From: Octopus vulgaris
Lineage: Eukaryota
NCBI GenBank assembly: GCA_951406725.2
Contig: OX597842.1
Location: forward strand, 28,334,001-28,398,000
DNA: 64,000 bases
Reading direction: 5' to 3'
Made by a program: the position numbers and the translations under genes. This document shows, piece by piece, positions 1 through 11,657 of this stretch (positions are counted from its first letter, which is position 1; every line of letters begins with the position of its first letter). Under the pieces are notes generated by a model. That model had not been told where the DNA came from, ran no database searches, and worked only from the letters and a program-made list of their open reading frames with translations.

Positions 1-150
1 AGAATAAGTCCTGGGGTCGGGTTGCTTGATTAAAGGCGGTGCTCCAGCATGGCCACAGTCAAATGACTGAAACAAGTAAAAGAGTAAAGAGAGATATTAT
101 GTATACATGCTCCAGCATGGCCGCAGTCAAATGACACAAACAAGTAAAAG
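1..150 (+). mobile_element. 3' end of tRNA-derived SINE (family A), tail partly duplicated
   Basis: ggcggtgctccagcatggccacagtcaaatgactgaaacaagtaaaagag matches the 3' end of the full copy at 29077-29487; the tail recurs at ~107-150. Confidence 0.85.
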
Positions 151-157
151 AACACAT

Positions 158-1545
158 CGTCATCATCTTCCTCGTTGTCATTATTTAATGTCTGCTTTCC
201 ATTCTGGCATAGGTTGGACTGTTTGACAGAGAAGCAGAAAAGTGCAGGGCTGGGTCAGGCTGCAATGTCATCTTTACAATGGTTTCTACTGCTAGATGCC
301 CTTCCTAATGCCAACCACAGAATGTACTGGGTGCTTTTTATGTGTCGCCAGCATCAGTCGATGCAGGGAGCAGGTGTGGCTATGAGGTAGGGAGTTTGCT
401 ACCCAACCCATGCTTGCAGTTTGGGTAAGTGTCTCCCATGATGGCCTTGGGTCAACTAAAACCTTGTGAGTGGATGTGGTAGATGGAAACTGAAAGAAGC
501 ATATCACGTATACACATATCATCATCATCGTTTAATGTCTGCCTTCCATGCCAGCCTGAGGTGGGTGGCTTGACAGGAGTCTGCCAGGTGGAAGACTGCA
601 CGAGATCTGTGATTGTTTTAGCAGGATTTTTACAGCTGGATGCCCTTCCTGACACCAACCATTCAGCAGAGACGGTTATGCCTTTTTATGTGGTAAGTTT
701 TTGGTAAGAATCTCACTTCACTTGGAAACAGGTAAGGATTGGCAACAGGAAGGGCATCCAGCTGTGGAATATCTGCCTCTGTATAATCCATCTGATCCTT
801 TGAAGCATAGAAAAGTGGATGTTAAAATGATGACAATGATGACGGTCTGTCTTGTTCCGTAAAGGAGCTTCTACACAGGTTACAGAAGCTTCTGGAAATA
901 GCAGCCAAATATTTCTGAAATATTAAATAAAGGATATTGAACCATGTACTTGCTCTCAAAGCAAGTGGTCCCGTGGCATCTTAAGCCAATGTCTTCTACT
1001 ACAGCCCTGGGCCAACTAAAGCCTTGTGGGGAGATTTGGTAGGTGGAAAGTGTATCATGTATACAATTAGGTGCGTATGTGTGTCTTTGTGTTTCTCCTC
1101 CCCTCCCTGCCATACTGCATGTGACTATGGTTGTTAGTTTGTTTACATCCTTGTGACATAGTGGTTGGTCCAAAGAGACTCATAGAATATGTAGCAAACT
1201 TAAATATAAGTAGAGGGGTTGATTCGTTTGATTGAACCATTTAAAGAAGTACTCCAGCATGGCCACAGTCCCTGGCTGAACCAGTTGCTGGCACTCTATG
1301 TTTTAGTTTATCCAATCAACTGAAAAGCCTGCTCATGGAATTAACATGCAAATGGCTGAGTATTCCACACGGATGGTGAGAAGACTGGCCCTTTGAATTA
1401 CAGGTGAGACTCATTTTTGACTCCTGAGGGGACTGATGCAAAGTGAAATAAAATGGCTTGGAGACTCATTGCACCACTGTGTATCGAACTCACAACTTTA
1501 CAATTGTGAGTGAAATACCCTAACCACTAAGCCATGCCACTTCAC
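158..1545. mobile_element. Mosaic of old, diverged RTE 3' tails and SINE fragments
   Basis: RTE-tail motif gatgcccttcctaatgccaacc (-) at ~295 and ~640, and ggaagggcatccagc (+) at ~748; SINE-A-like body ~940-1290; reverse tRNA-like head ~1480-1540. Confidence 0.7.
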
Positions 1546-1682
1546 AGGTGAAACAAGTGAAAGGAGAGAAGAGAAAGAAAAGAGATAAATAATTAGAGAA
1601 AGGTAAAAATGATTCATCTATATACAGAATGTTGTAAAACTTTCAATGCCTCAATGGATTCTGCCCCATGCAAACGTAGATA

Positions 1683-3095
1683 ATGAATAATTTGACTGAA
1701 CCAAAAACCCCTGATACAAAAGAGAAGCCATATCATTGTGATATCTGTGGTAAATCATTTTCTAATTGTGGTAACTTGACTAAACACAAACGTACACATA
1801 CAGGAGGGAAACCATATCACTGTGATGTCTGTGGTAAATCATTCTCGCAAAATGGTCATTTGACTCATCAAAAACATATTCATCCTGGGGAAAAACCATA
1901 TCAGTGTGATATCTATGGTAAATCATTTCCTGAGTCTGCTCCCTTGAGATCACACAAACGTGGTCATACAGGAGAGAAGCCATTTCAATGTGATATCTGT
2001 GATAAATCGTTCGCTAGCAATAGTCACTTAATTCGTCACAAACGCATTCACACTGGGGAAAAACCATATCACTGTGATATCTGTGGTAAATTATTTCCTG
2101 AGTCTGCTCCCTTGAGATCACACAAACGTGTTCATACAGGAGAGAAGCCATTTCATTGTGATATTTGTGGCAGGTCATTCTCTCAAAGTGGGGACTTGAC
2201 TGTACACAAACGTATTCATACAGGAGAGAAGCCATTTCATTGTGATATCCGTGATAAATCGTTTGCTAGCAATAGTGTATTGACTAATCACAAACACAGT
2301 CATACTGGGGAAAATCCATATCAGTGTGATATCTGCGGTAAATCATTTTCCAGAACTGACACTGTCACTCGTCACAAACATATTCATACTGAGGAAAAAC
2401 CGTATCGGTGTGATATCTGTGGTAAATCATTTTCTCAAGGTGGTGACGTGCTTAAACACAAACGTACTCATACAGGTGAGAAGCCCTATCATTGTACTAT
2501 CTGTGGTAGATCATTTTCTGGAAGTAGTGACTTGATTAAACACAAGCGTATTCATACGGGAGAGAAACCGTATCATTGTAATATCTGTGGTAAATCATTT
2601 GCTGATAGTAGCACTTTAAATTGTCACAAACGTATTCATACGGGAGAGAAGCCATATTTTTGTAATATTTGTTATAAAGCATTCACTGAAAATAGTCAGT
2701 TGACTAAGCACAAGCGTGTTCATATAGGAGAGAAACCGTATCATTGTAATATCTGTGGTAAATCATTTTCTGAAAGTAGCACTTTAACTAGGCATAAACG
2801 TATTCATACGGGAGAGAAGCCATATTTTTGTAATATCTGTTATAAAGCATTCTCTACAAATAGCTATTTGATTAGTCACAAATGTATTAATACTGAAGAA
2901 AACCCATATCAGTGTGATATTTGTGGTAAATCATTTTCTCACAACAAGACTTTAAATAATCACAGACGTATTCATACAGGAGAGAAGTCATATCATTGTT
3001 ATATTTGTGGTAAATCATTCTCCCAAAGTGGGGTCTTGTCTAAACACAAACGTACCCATACAGGGAAGAAACCACATGATTGTGATATCTGGTGA
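1683..3095 (+). CDS. Tandem C2H2 zinc-finger protein (16 finger units, TGEKP linkers), single coding exon as seen
   Basis: 470-aa ORF of 28-aa CxxC-x12-HxxxH units; fingers 2, 3, 7 and 14 have lost a Zn ligand; no effector domain visible; an upstream exon cannot be excluded. Confidence 0.9.
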   Translation: MNNLTEPKTPDTKEKPYHCDICGKSFSNCGNLTKHKRTHTGGKPYHCDVCGKSFSQNGHLTHQKHIHPGEKPYQCDIYGKSFPESAPLRSHKRGHTGEKPFQCDICDKSFASNSHLIRHKRIHTGEKPYHCDICGKLFPESAPLRSHKRVHTGEKPFHCDICGRSFSQSGDLTVHKRIHTGEKPFHCDIRDKSFASNSVLTNHKHSHTGENPYQCDICGKSFSRTDTVTRHKHIHTEEKPYRCDICGKSFSQGGDVLKHKRTHTGEKPYHCTICGRSFSGSSDLIKHKRIHTGEKPYHCNICGKSFADSSTLNCHKRIHTGEKPYFCNICYKAFTENSQLTKHKRVHIGEKPYHCNICGKSFSESSTLTRHKRIHTGEKPYFCNICYKAFSTNSYLISHKCINTEENPYQCDICGKSFSHNKTLNNHRRIHTGEKSYHCYICGKSFSQSGVLSKHKRTHTGKKPHDCDIW

Positions 3096-3217
3096 ATCAT
3101 TCTCTAGCAATAGTAACAAGCATATTCATACTGGGGAAAAAAACCATATCAATGTCATATCTGTGGTAAACCATTCTCTGCAAATGGCCTCTTAAGTACT
3201 CGTGAGTATTCATACAC
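3096..3217 (+). pseudogene. Out-of-frame remnants of fingers 17-18
   Basis: tgtgatatctggtgaatcattc lacks 2 nt relative to tgtgatatctgtggtaaatcattc; followed by catattcatactggggaaaaaaaccatatcaatgtcatatctgtggtaaa. Confidence 0.8.
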
Positions 3218-3756
3218 AAGTGTAACTGTATCAGTATTAAAATTTATTACAACACGACAACAATTATGAATATTTTGTCTGCTAAAAGACAGGGTTTATT
3301 CCTCTTCAAGCTTGACATTATCAACTTCAGTTTCTTGGATGTCCACATGAAATTCATGAATCACAACTTCAATATCATTTATATATCTAAATACATCAAC
3401 ACAGAGATGACTTTGGTTTCGGAAGATGATTGTGCTGGATTTTTGAGGAATTGTTATGAGAGAATAAAGGAATGGGAATAAGGAATAACATTTTTAAGTG
3501 ACATTGATTTTGCCTTTGTTGTGTTTTCATCATCAACATCATCATCATCATCATACTTTACCATCCATTTCCTTTGCAGGCTTGGATGGGAAAGTGTGAC
3601 AGGTGCTGGCAAGCCAGAGTGCTGCTCCAGGTTCCACTCAGATTTCGTTTGGTTTCTTTGGCTGTATTCCCTGAAGATACGTAGTTTATAAATATGCCTG
3701 TACCATAACAGCATGAATCTAGTAGTAGCTCTTTTGGTTATGTATTTAGTTTGAGA

Positions 3757-4553
3757 TTTTTTTTTCTAGTTTCAGCTCAGAGCAGCGGCCATGCTGATGC
3801 ACCGCCGTTTTGTGCTACACTGTTATTACGACGGACCTTGTCTAATATGTGGCACTTGGTGAAGAATGGAGTTTGATATAGCTATTCTCATTTACACCTC
3901 TTGCCCTGAGGTAGGTTCATCTGGGACTCTTGACAGGAAGATGTCCAGCTTTGATTTAAAAGCCGCTACATCTACTTTGTGCAAGTTCCTCAGACTCTTT
4001 GGGAGAATATTAAAAAGCTGTGGGCCCTTGAAACCCAGGCTGTTGCAGAAGCTGGTCCTGAAGCGTGATGGCATTGCTGGGATCTTTGGTACTATGCAGT
4101 GTCGTCCCGTTCTAGCATTGGTGTAGCTTACAATGCCAAAATTTGGCACAGTTCCTTCCAGGATCTTCCAGACATATATTACTGCATACCTCTCCCGTCT
4201 TCTCTCCAGGGAGTAGAGTCTTAGCTGTTTCAACCTTTCCCAGTAGCTGAGCTGTTGCAAAGAGACGATCTTCTTTGTGAATCTTCTCTGGATTGCTTCA
4301 AGGTCCGCTGTTAATTTCACGCTGTTGGGTGACCATAGCTGTGAGCAGTAATCCAGGCGACTGAGGACGAACGTCCGGTAGTGGACCATCATGGTTTCCA
4401 TATCTCTGGTTCTGAATGTTCTTAGGATCCAACCAGCCAGTCGTCTGGGATTGAAATTTCCTGTGGACCAGTGTATCCTGTAAGTTTAATATTCAGTTTT
4501 GGATGCTGGTAGCGCAGGGCCTGGAATTTTTCAGCATTAAATTGCATATTATT
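3757..4553 (-). mobile_element. 5'-truncated CR1/L2-group LINE 3' fragment
   Basis: ORF pieces MQFNAEKFQALRY and LDYCSQLWSP...YSLERRRERY are homologous to the end of the LINE at 17624-21208; same 3' tail. Confidence 0.9.
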
Positions 4554-4814
4554 ATATGTATTTGTGTGAACACACCTGATTACTAAAATAAATGTAATCA
4601 AATCTTGTATTCGAAGCATTTTTCTGAATGGGGTAGTGGCATGGACTCCCTTTTGCAGACAAATAAGAAAAACTTGAAACTTTTCGCATGTGTGCAACAC
4701 ATGCAGCAAAATGGCAAGATAAGACATCAAATGTCAAAATCCTAGAAATGTGTGATATGTCCAGTATCCATAGCATGCTGATGAGAATTCAGTGCAGAGG
4801 GGTAGGACATGTTT

Positions 4815-5443
4815 TCATCATCATCATCGTTTAGCGTCCGCTTTCCATGCTGGCATGGGTTGGACGGTTCAACTGGGGTCTGGGAAGCCAGAAGGCTGCA
4901 CCAGGCCCAGTCTGAGCTGGCAATGTTTCTACGGCTGATGCCCTTCCTAACGCCAACCACTCCATGAGTGTAGTGGGTGCTTTTTATGTGCCACTTGCAC
5001 AGAGGCCAGGCGAGGCTGGCAAACGGCCAATGATCAGATGGTGCTTTTTACGTCCCACCAGCACGGAGGCCAGTTGGGGCGGTGCTGGCAACGGCGACGT
5101 TCGGATAGTTCTCTTATGTGCCACCAGCACTGAATCACAGCGACAATTTCCATTCATGTTGATCGATTTTGATTTTGATTTTGTCATTTTTTGATTTTTT
5201 GATTTTTTGATTTTCACTTGCCTCAACAGGTCTTCACAAGTAGAGTTTTGTGCCCCAAGAAGGAAAGGTATGTATAAGTGGACTGAGGCCATGGGTTATG
5301 GTCTCACTTGTCCTGCCGGGTCTTCTCACACACAGCATACTTCCATAGGTCTCGGTCTCTAGTCATTTCCTCGGTCAGACCTAAAGTTCGATGGTCGTGC
5401 TTCACCACCTCATCCCAGGTTTTCCTGGGTCTACCTCTTCCAC
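4815..5443 (-). mobile_element. RTE LINE 3' fragment (ORF end, 3' UTR, (GAT)n tail)
   Basis: Reverse-complement match to ~10270-11000. Confidence 0.9.
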
Positions 5444-5786
5444 TTTATAAGTGAAAAATTACTGCATTATGAAAATGTTAACGCATGATAAGACGATTCC
5501 TCTCCAGTCCTATGGCTTTGTAAACTTGTGTGAGCTCATGACAACGGATCATCTTTTAGCGTTGGGTCCTGAGACACTCCTTCAGTGCTTGGATACACCA
5601 ATGTTCAGCTTATTTTTGCTGTAGCATCCAGTTTTCTGAGGGAACGATTTCACCGTATCTTCTGTTTGGTATAATTGATAAGCTGAAGGGTCTGCACATT
5701 TCATTTTTGGCCATGTCCAGGGCAACCGGCTGTGGAACCAGTCTCTTGAAATTTCTTGACAATTTTCTTGACTGTTGTTCGGTTAC

Positions 5787-6100
5787 TTTTAAGCATTTTT
5801 TTTTGCTATAGTTGTATTACTTTCGCCTCCTTGGAGAGTATTATGATTGAATTTCGGTCTGTAGCCATTATCTAATCTATAATTGTGAATTTATTTGTTC
5901 TGAAGCAAACACAAGACACACTAAGCTTTTACAATGATGTATAATTTTCATATCTTATCGCATCTGTTGATTGTTATTAAAGTCCAAAATTGGGGGCCTT
6001 AATTTCGGAACAACCTGTTCACACACACACATTATCATTATCTCCTCTCTCTCCCTCCCATTCCCCATCTCTCTCTCTCTTTCTCTCTCACTCTCTCTCT
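5787..6100. repeat. Copy of a local unclassified repeat (unit X)
   Basis: gctatagttgtattactttcgcctcc...aagcaaacacaagacacactaagc is near-identical at 17270-17590 and 35250-35580. Confidence 0.85.
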
Positions 6101-6120
6101 CTTTGTATATATATATATGT

Positions 6121-6388
6121 GGAGGCGCAATGGCCCAGTGGTTAAGGCAGCGGACTCGCGGTTTCGATTCCTAGACCGGGCGTTGTGAGTGTTTATTGAA
6201 CGAAAACACCTAAAAGTTCCACGAGGCTCCGGCAGGGGGTGGTGATCCCTGATGTACTCTTACACAATTCTTTCTTCTGTTGGCCTGCTCGCTTAGCCAG
6301 CGGGGTGGCGTCATTCGAAGGCTAAAACAATGCGAACTCATTGTGACCAGCGATGTGTAACAACATCTGATGGTCTGGTCAGTCACGA
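6121..6388 (+). mobile_element. tRNA-derived SINE (family B) with internally deleted head
   Basis: A-box-like tggcccagtgg, B-box-like ggtttcgattcc; near-identical copy at 35711-35970. Confidence 0.85.
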
Positions 6389-6392
6389 AAAG

Positions 6393-6455
<63 letters not shown>

Positions 6456-6521
6456 TATATACATACATATATATATATACAAATATATATATATATACAC
6501 ATACATATATATATATATGTT

Positions 6522-6720
6522 GATTCGTTAGCTCTTGCGCGCATTTTTTTCTCTCCTTGTTTCTCTCCTTGTTTCTTTTCTGTGTATCTTTCTGTCGAAG
6601 AGCGTAGGCTCAAAACGTAAAAGACTTGTTTTATTTCTATTCCTGAGCGCCATACTAATACAATTGTTTGTTTGTACTCCACCTGCCTTCGTCTTTTGTT
6701 TATTTTCGTAAAGCTTCCTG

Positions 6721-6724
<4 letters not shown>
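6522..6724 (+). mobile_element. Penelope-like terminal (pLTR-type) fragment with hammerhead-like motif, family 3
   Basis: tcttt-ctgtcga-agagc-gtag-gctc-aaaa-cg-ta-aaaga; related copies at 23877-24068 (-) and 29511-29697 (+); PLE assignment is inferred from the motif. Confidence 0.6.
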
Positions 6725-6765
<41 letters not shown>

Positions 6766-6959
6766 TATATATATACATATATATATATACATATATATAT
6801 ACACATATATATATATATATATATATATTTATGCACAAAATTTATGCAAACTACAAACAATACAGACCCACCCGGCAACCCGATTGACGACACCCCACCC
6901 ACAAACCCCCCACCCCCACCGTTCCTTCATCACCCCCGATTACCTTCTCTCCTAAGACT

Positions 6960-7151
6960 ATATACATATATATGGATGTGGGCATGTGTATGTGTGCACA
7001 TGTATGTATAGGAGTGTATATATGTATTTGTATGTGTGTGTGTGCATTTGTGTATGTACATGTGTATGTGTAGGAGTGTATACGCGTGTATGTGTATATG
7101 CGTGCATGTTTTTTTGTGTGTGTATATATATATGTATGTATATATATATAC

Positions 7152-7197
<46 letters not shown>

Positions 7198-7518
7198 TTA
7201 TATATGTGTGTATATATGTAGGTGTATATATATGTGTATGTATATGTGTGTGTATATGTATCTGTGTATATGTGCATATACACAAACATATGTGCATATG
7301 TTTGTATATATGTGTGTGTATGTATTAATGTATGTGTGTGTGTACACGAGTATATATTTATGTGTATGTGTATGCATATGTATATGTTTATGTACGTGAA
7401 TATGTATATATATGTGTATATAAATATTTATATGTATGTGTTTATGTGCGTGTATCTATGTGTGTGTATGTATGTATGTGTAGGTGTATGTGTATATATA
7501 TGTACGCATGTGTGTATT

Positions 7519-7580
<62 letters not shown>

Positions 7581-7779
7581 CGTGTGTGTATGTGTAAGTA
7601 TGAGTATATGCATGTATAGGTTTATGTATGTATGTATGTATATGTGTATGTGTGCGTATGCTTGTATGTGTTTATATGTATGCGTATGTGTATTTATGTA
7701 TATGTATATATATATATATATATAACGTGCCTGTATACTTGTGTATGGGTGTATGTATGTATATGTATGTGTATGTGTA

Positions 7780-7867
<88 letters not shown>
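6960..7867. repeat. Compound (TA)n/(TG)n/(TATG)n microsatellite
   Basis: Direct reading. Confidence 0.95.
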
Positions 7868-7871
<4 letters not shown>

Positions 7872-8020
7872 TGTGTGGTAAGTAGCTTGCTAACCAACCA
7901 CACGGTTGCGGGTTCAGTCCCACTGCGTGGCATCTTGGGCAAGTGTCTTCTGCTATAGCCCCGGTCCGACCAATGCCTTGTGAGTGGATTTGGTAGACGG
8001 AAACTGAAAGAAGCCTGTCG

Positions 8021-8057
<37 letters not shown>

Positions 8058-8227
8058 TTGTGTGTCTGTGTTTGTCCCCCTAGCATTGCTTAATAACTGA
8101 TGCTGGTGTGTTTAGGTCCCCATCACTTAGCGGTTCGGCAAAAAGAGACTGATAGAATAAGTACTAAAAGGTGGTGCTCCAGCATGGCCGCAGTCAAATG
8201 ACTGAAACAAGTAAAAGAGTAAAAGAG
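7868..8227 (+). mobile_element. tRNA-derived SINE (family A), small internal deletion
   Basis: tggctgtgtggtaagtagc...gggttcagtccc head, internal TA/TG tract, LINE-like tail. Confidence 0.9.
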
Positions 8228-8343
8228 AAAAAAGAGTATATATATATGTATATAAGTATGTATGTATATATGTGTATATATGTATGTGTGTGAATGTATG
8301 GACTTGTAGACTTTTATATGTATATATAGGTTTGTGTGTTTGC

Positions 8344-8375
<32 letters not shown>

Positions 8376-8734
8376 GTGAGTGTGTGTGTATGTGTGTAGA
8401 TATGCATATGTGTTTTTATACGTGTATATATATGTGTGTATACATATGTATATATATATATATGGACTCGTAGATTTTTGTATTGGTTTGTGTATGTGTA
8501 TGTGTGTAGATATGTATATGTATGTACGTGTACGTATGTGTATGTATGTGCATGTATGTGTATGTATGCATTTATGTATACAGGTATGCATGCATGTGTG
8601 CATACATGTATTTATATGCGTATGGATGCGTATATATGCGTATGTATGTTTACATGCACATATGGTTTTATATGTGCATATGCGTTTATATAAGCGGGCA
8701 GATATTTATTTATGTGTGTTTATGCTTACGTATG

Positions 8735-8804
<70 letters not shown>

Positions 8805-8873
8805 GGTCCCGGGTTAACCACAGTAAATAAGGTACTCAATACATAGCAGAGTAAAATTAATTTATTATATAGA

Positions 8874-8930
8874 AGGAGCTTCTACAGGACTAGAACTGTT
8901 TCATTCAAGAGAAATCTTCAGGAAGCTCCT
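8874..8930 (-). ncRNA. Type I hammerhead ribozyme fold (Penelope-like family 1)
   Basis: Minus strand reads AGGAGCUUC-CUGAAGA-UUUC-UCUU-GAAU-GAAA-CAG-UUCUAGUC-CUG-U-A/GAAGCUCCU: 9-bp stem I, intact core, 4-bp stem III, GUA triplet; 10.1-11.1 is U.U rather than G-C. Confidence 0.75.
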
Positions 8931-8982
8931 GAAGATTTTTGTATTGGTTTGTGTATGTGTATGTGTGTAGATATGTAGATTT

Positions 8983-9030
8983 CTGAAGATTTCTCTTGAA
9001 TGAAACAGTTCTAGTCCTGTAGAAGCTCCT
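8983..9030 (+). ncRNA. Inverted, 5'-truncated second copy of the family-1 hammerhead
   Basis: ctgaagatttctcttgaatgaaacagttctagtcctgtagaagctcct; the 5' arm of stem I is missing. Confidence 0.6.
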
Positions 9031-9038
9031 TCTATATA

Positions 9039-9073
<35 letters not shown>

Positions 9074-9077
<4 letters not shown>

Positions 9078-11006
9078 GTTTGGGTTTGTGCCAGGGAAAA
9101 GTACTACTGATGCTATATTCCTGGTAAGGCAGCTGCAGGAGAAATACCTAGCCAAAGATAAGCCCCTGTACCTGGCTTTTGTTGACATGGAGAAAGCCTT
9201 CGACAGGGTCCCCCGATCCACTTATCTGGTGGGCAATGAGAAAACTAGGGATAGATGAATGGTTAGTGAGAGCTGTGCGGGCCATGTATAGGGACGCCGC
9301 TAGTAGGGTGAGGGTTGGAAATGAGTACAGTGAAGAATTCCGGGTAGAGGTAGGGGTCCACCAAGGCTCAGTACTCAGCCCCCTCCTATTTATCATAGTC
9401 CTCCAGGCAATAACGGAGGAATTCAAGACAGGATGCCCTTGGGAGCTCCTCTATGCTGATGACCTTGCTCTAATTGCTGAGTCGCTATCAGAACTGGAGG
9501 AGAAGTTTCAGGTGTGGAAACAAGGATTAGAATCGAAGGGCCTCAGAGTCAATCTAGCTAAAACCAAAGTCGTAATCAGTAGGAAGGTAGACAAATCACA
9601 AACACCTTCAGGTAGATGGCCCTGCTCGATCTGTAGAAAAGGTGTAGGTAGAAACTCTATAAGATGCACCAAGTGTAAGCTATGGACACATAAGAGATGC
9701 AGCAATGTCAAAGGAAGGCTAACTAGGAAGATGGTTTTTGTATGTGGCAGATGCTCAGGAACAATAAACACTGAAAATGCTCTGAGACCAACTTCTGTCA
9801 CTTTCCAGGGAGAAAAACTAGAAATAGTTGATAGTTTCCGTTACCTAGGTGACCAAGTCAGCAGCGGGGGCGGGTGTGCTGAAAGTGTAACTGCTAGAGT
9901 AAGAATAGCTTGGGCAAAGTTCAGAGAGCTCTTACCTCTGCTGGTGACAAAAGGCCTCTCGCACAGAGTGAAAGGCAGACTGTATGATGCGTGTGTACGA
10001 ACAGCCATGCTACATGGCAGTGAAACATGGGCCGTGACTGCTGAGGATATGCGTAAGCTCGCTAGAAATGAAGCCAGTATGCTCCGATGGATGTGTAATG
10101 CCAGTACTCACACTCGGCAGAGTGTAAGTACCTTGAGAGAAAAGCTGGACCTAAGAAGCATCAGTTGTGGTGTGCAAGAGAGACGTTTGCGCTGGTATGG
10201 TCATGTGGCGAGAATGGATGAAGATAGTTGTGTGAAAAAGTGCCACACCCTAGCGGTTGAGGGAACCTGTGGAAGAGGCAGACCCAGGAAAACCTGGGAC
10301 GAGGTGGTGAAGCACGACCTTCGAACTTTAGGTCTCACCGAGGAAATGACTAGAGACCGAGACCTCTGGAAGTGTGCTGTGCGCGAGAAGACCCGGCAGG
10401 ACAAGTGAGTCCACAACCCGTGGCCTTCTACATGGGAAGGAGCCAGCCTACGTATGCATACCTTCCCTTCTTGGGACACAAAACTCTACTTGTGAAGACG
10501 TGTTGAGGCAAGTGAGGATCAGAATCGAAATCGATCAATGGAAATTGCGGATGTGCTACCAGTGCCGGTGGCATGTCGAAACTCTGCTTGTGAAGACCCA
10601 TTGAGGCAAGTGAGGATCAGAATGGAAATCGATCAATGGAAATTGCAGATGTGTTACCAGTGCCGGTGGCATGTAAGAGAACCTTCCGTTTCGCGACCGT
10701 TGCCAGCACCGCCCCGTTTCGTGTTCGTTGCCAGCCTTGCCTGGCCCTCGTGCCGGTGGCACATAAAAAGCACCATCCGTTCGTGGCCGTTTGCCAGCTC
10801 TGGCTGGCACCAGTGCGGGTGGCACGTAAAAAGCACCCACTACACTCACGGAGTGGTTGGCGTTAGGAAGGGCATCCAGCCGTAGAAACACTGCCAGATT
10901 TGACTGGGCCTGATGAAGCCTTCTGGCTTCACAGACCCCAGCAGAACCGTCCAACCCATGCTAGCATGGAAAACGGACGCTAAATGATGATGATGATGAT
11001 GATGAT
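9074..11006 (+). mobile_element. 5'-truncated RTE-clade LINE (RT with PHD insert, 3' UTR, (GAT)n tail); one frameshift near 9221
   Basis: QFGF, DMEKAFD, QGSVLSP and YADD motifs; RGRPRKTW C-terminus; stop at 10408; near-identical to 21232-23876. Confidence 0.95.
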
Positions 11007-11079
11007 GTATGTATATATATATGTATGTATATGTATGTGTATATGTTTGTGTATGTGTGTAAGTACATAGTTGTATGTA

Positions 11080-11144
<65 letters not shown>

Positions 11145-11622
11145 ATTTATATATATGGACTTGTAGATTTTGTATGGGCATATATGTATATATATATATG
11201 TATATATGTGTGTATATATTTATGTATATATATATATGTGGCCTCGTAGATTTTTGTATGGGTATATATGTATGTGTATATGTGTAGATATGTACATGTA
11301 TGTACGTGGACGTATGTGTATGTATGTGCATGTGTGAATATGTGTGTGTGTATGTATATGCATGTATGCATTTACGTATACGGGTATGTATGCATGTGTG
11401 CATATATGTATTTATATGCGTATGGATGCGTATATATGCGTATGTATGTTTACATGCACATATGGTTTTATATGTGCATATGCGTTTATATAAGCGGGCA
11501 GATAATTATGTGTTTAAGTGTACAGAAGTACGTTTATATATGTGTGTTTATATATGCATGATTATGTATATGTTTATGTGAACGTGGGTACATTTATGTA
11601 TGTATGCATGTGTGTATTGGTG

Positions 11623-11657
<35 letters not shown>

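Noticed and set aside
862-895. aggagcttctaca...agaagcttc hairpin resembling family-1 stem I
   Set aside because: Catalytic core absent; too short to call
4775-4815. ctgatgagaattc as a hammerhead core
   Set aside because: No matching GAAA, stem I or stem III
6210-8830. Many ORFs rich in YI/CV/HT (also 11025-12400, 34588-36302, 45785-46347, 56070-57200)
   Set aside because: Translations of (TA)n/(TG)n microsatellites with no coding signal
10906-10940. ctgatga followed by a hairpin in RTE tails, as a possible hammerhead
   Set aside because: No GAAA after the stem and no stem III or cleavage triplet; ctgatga is not conserved in other tail copies
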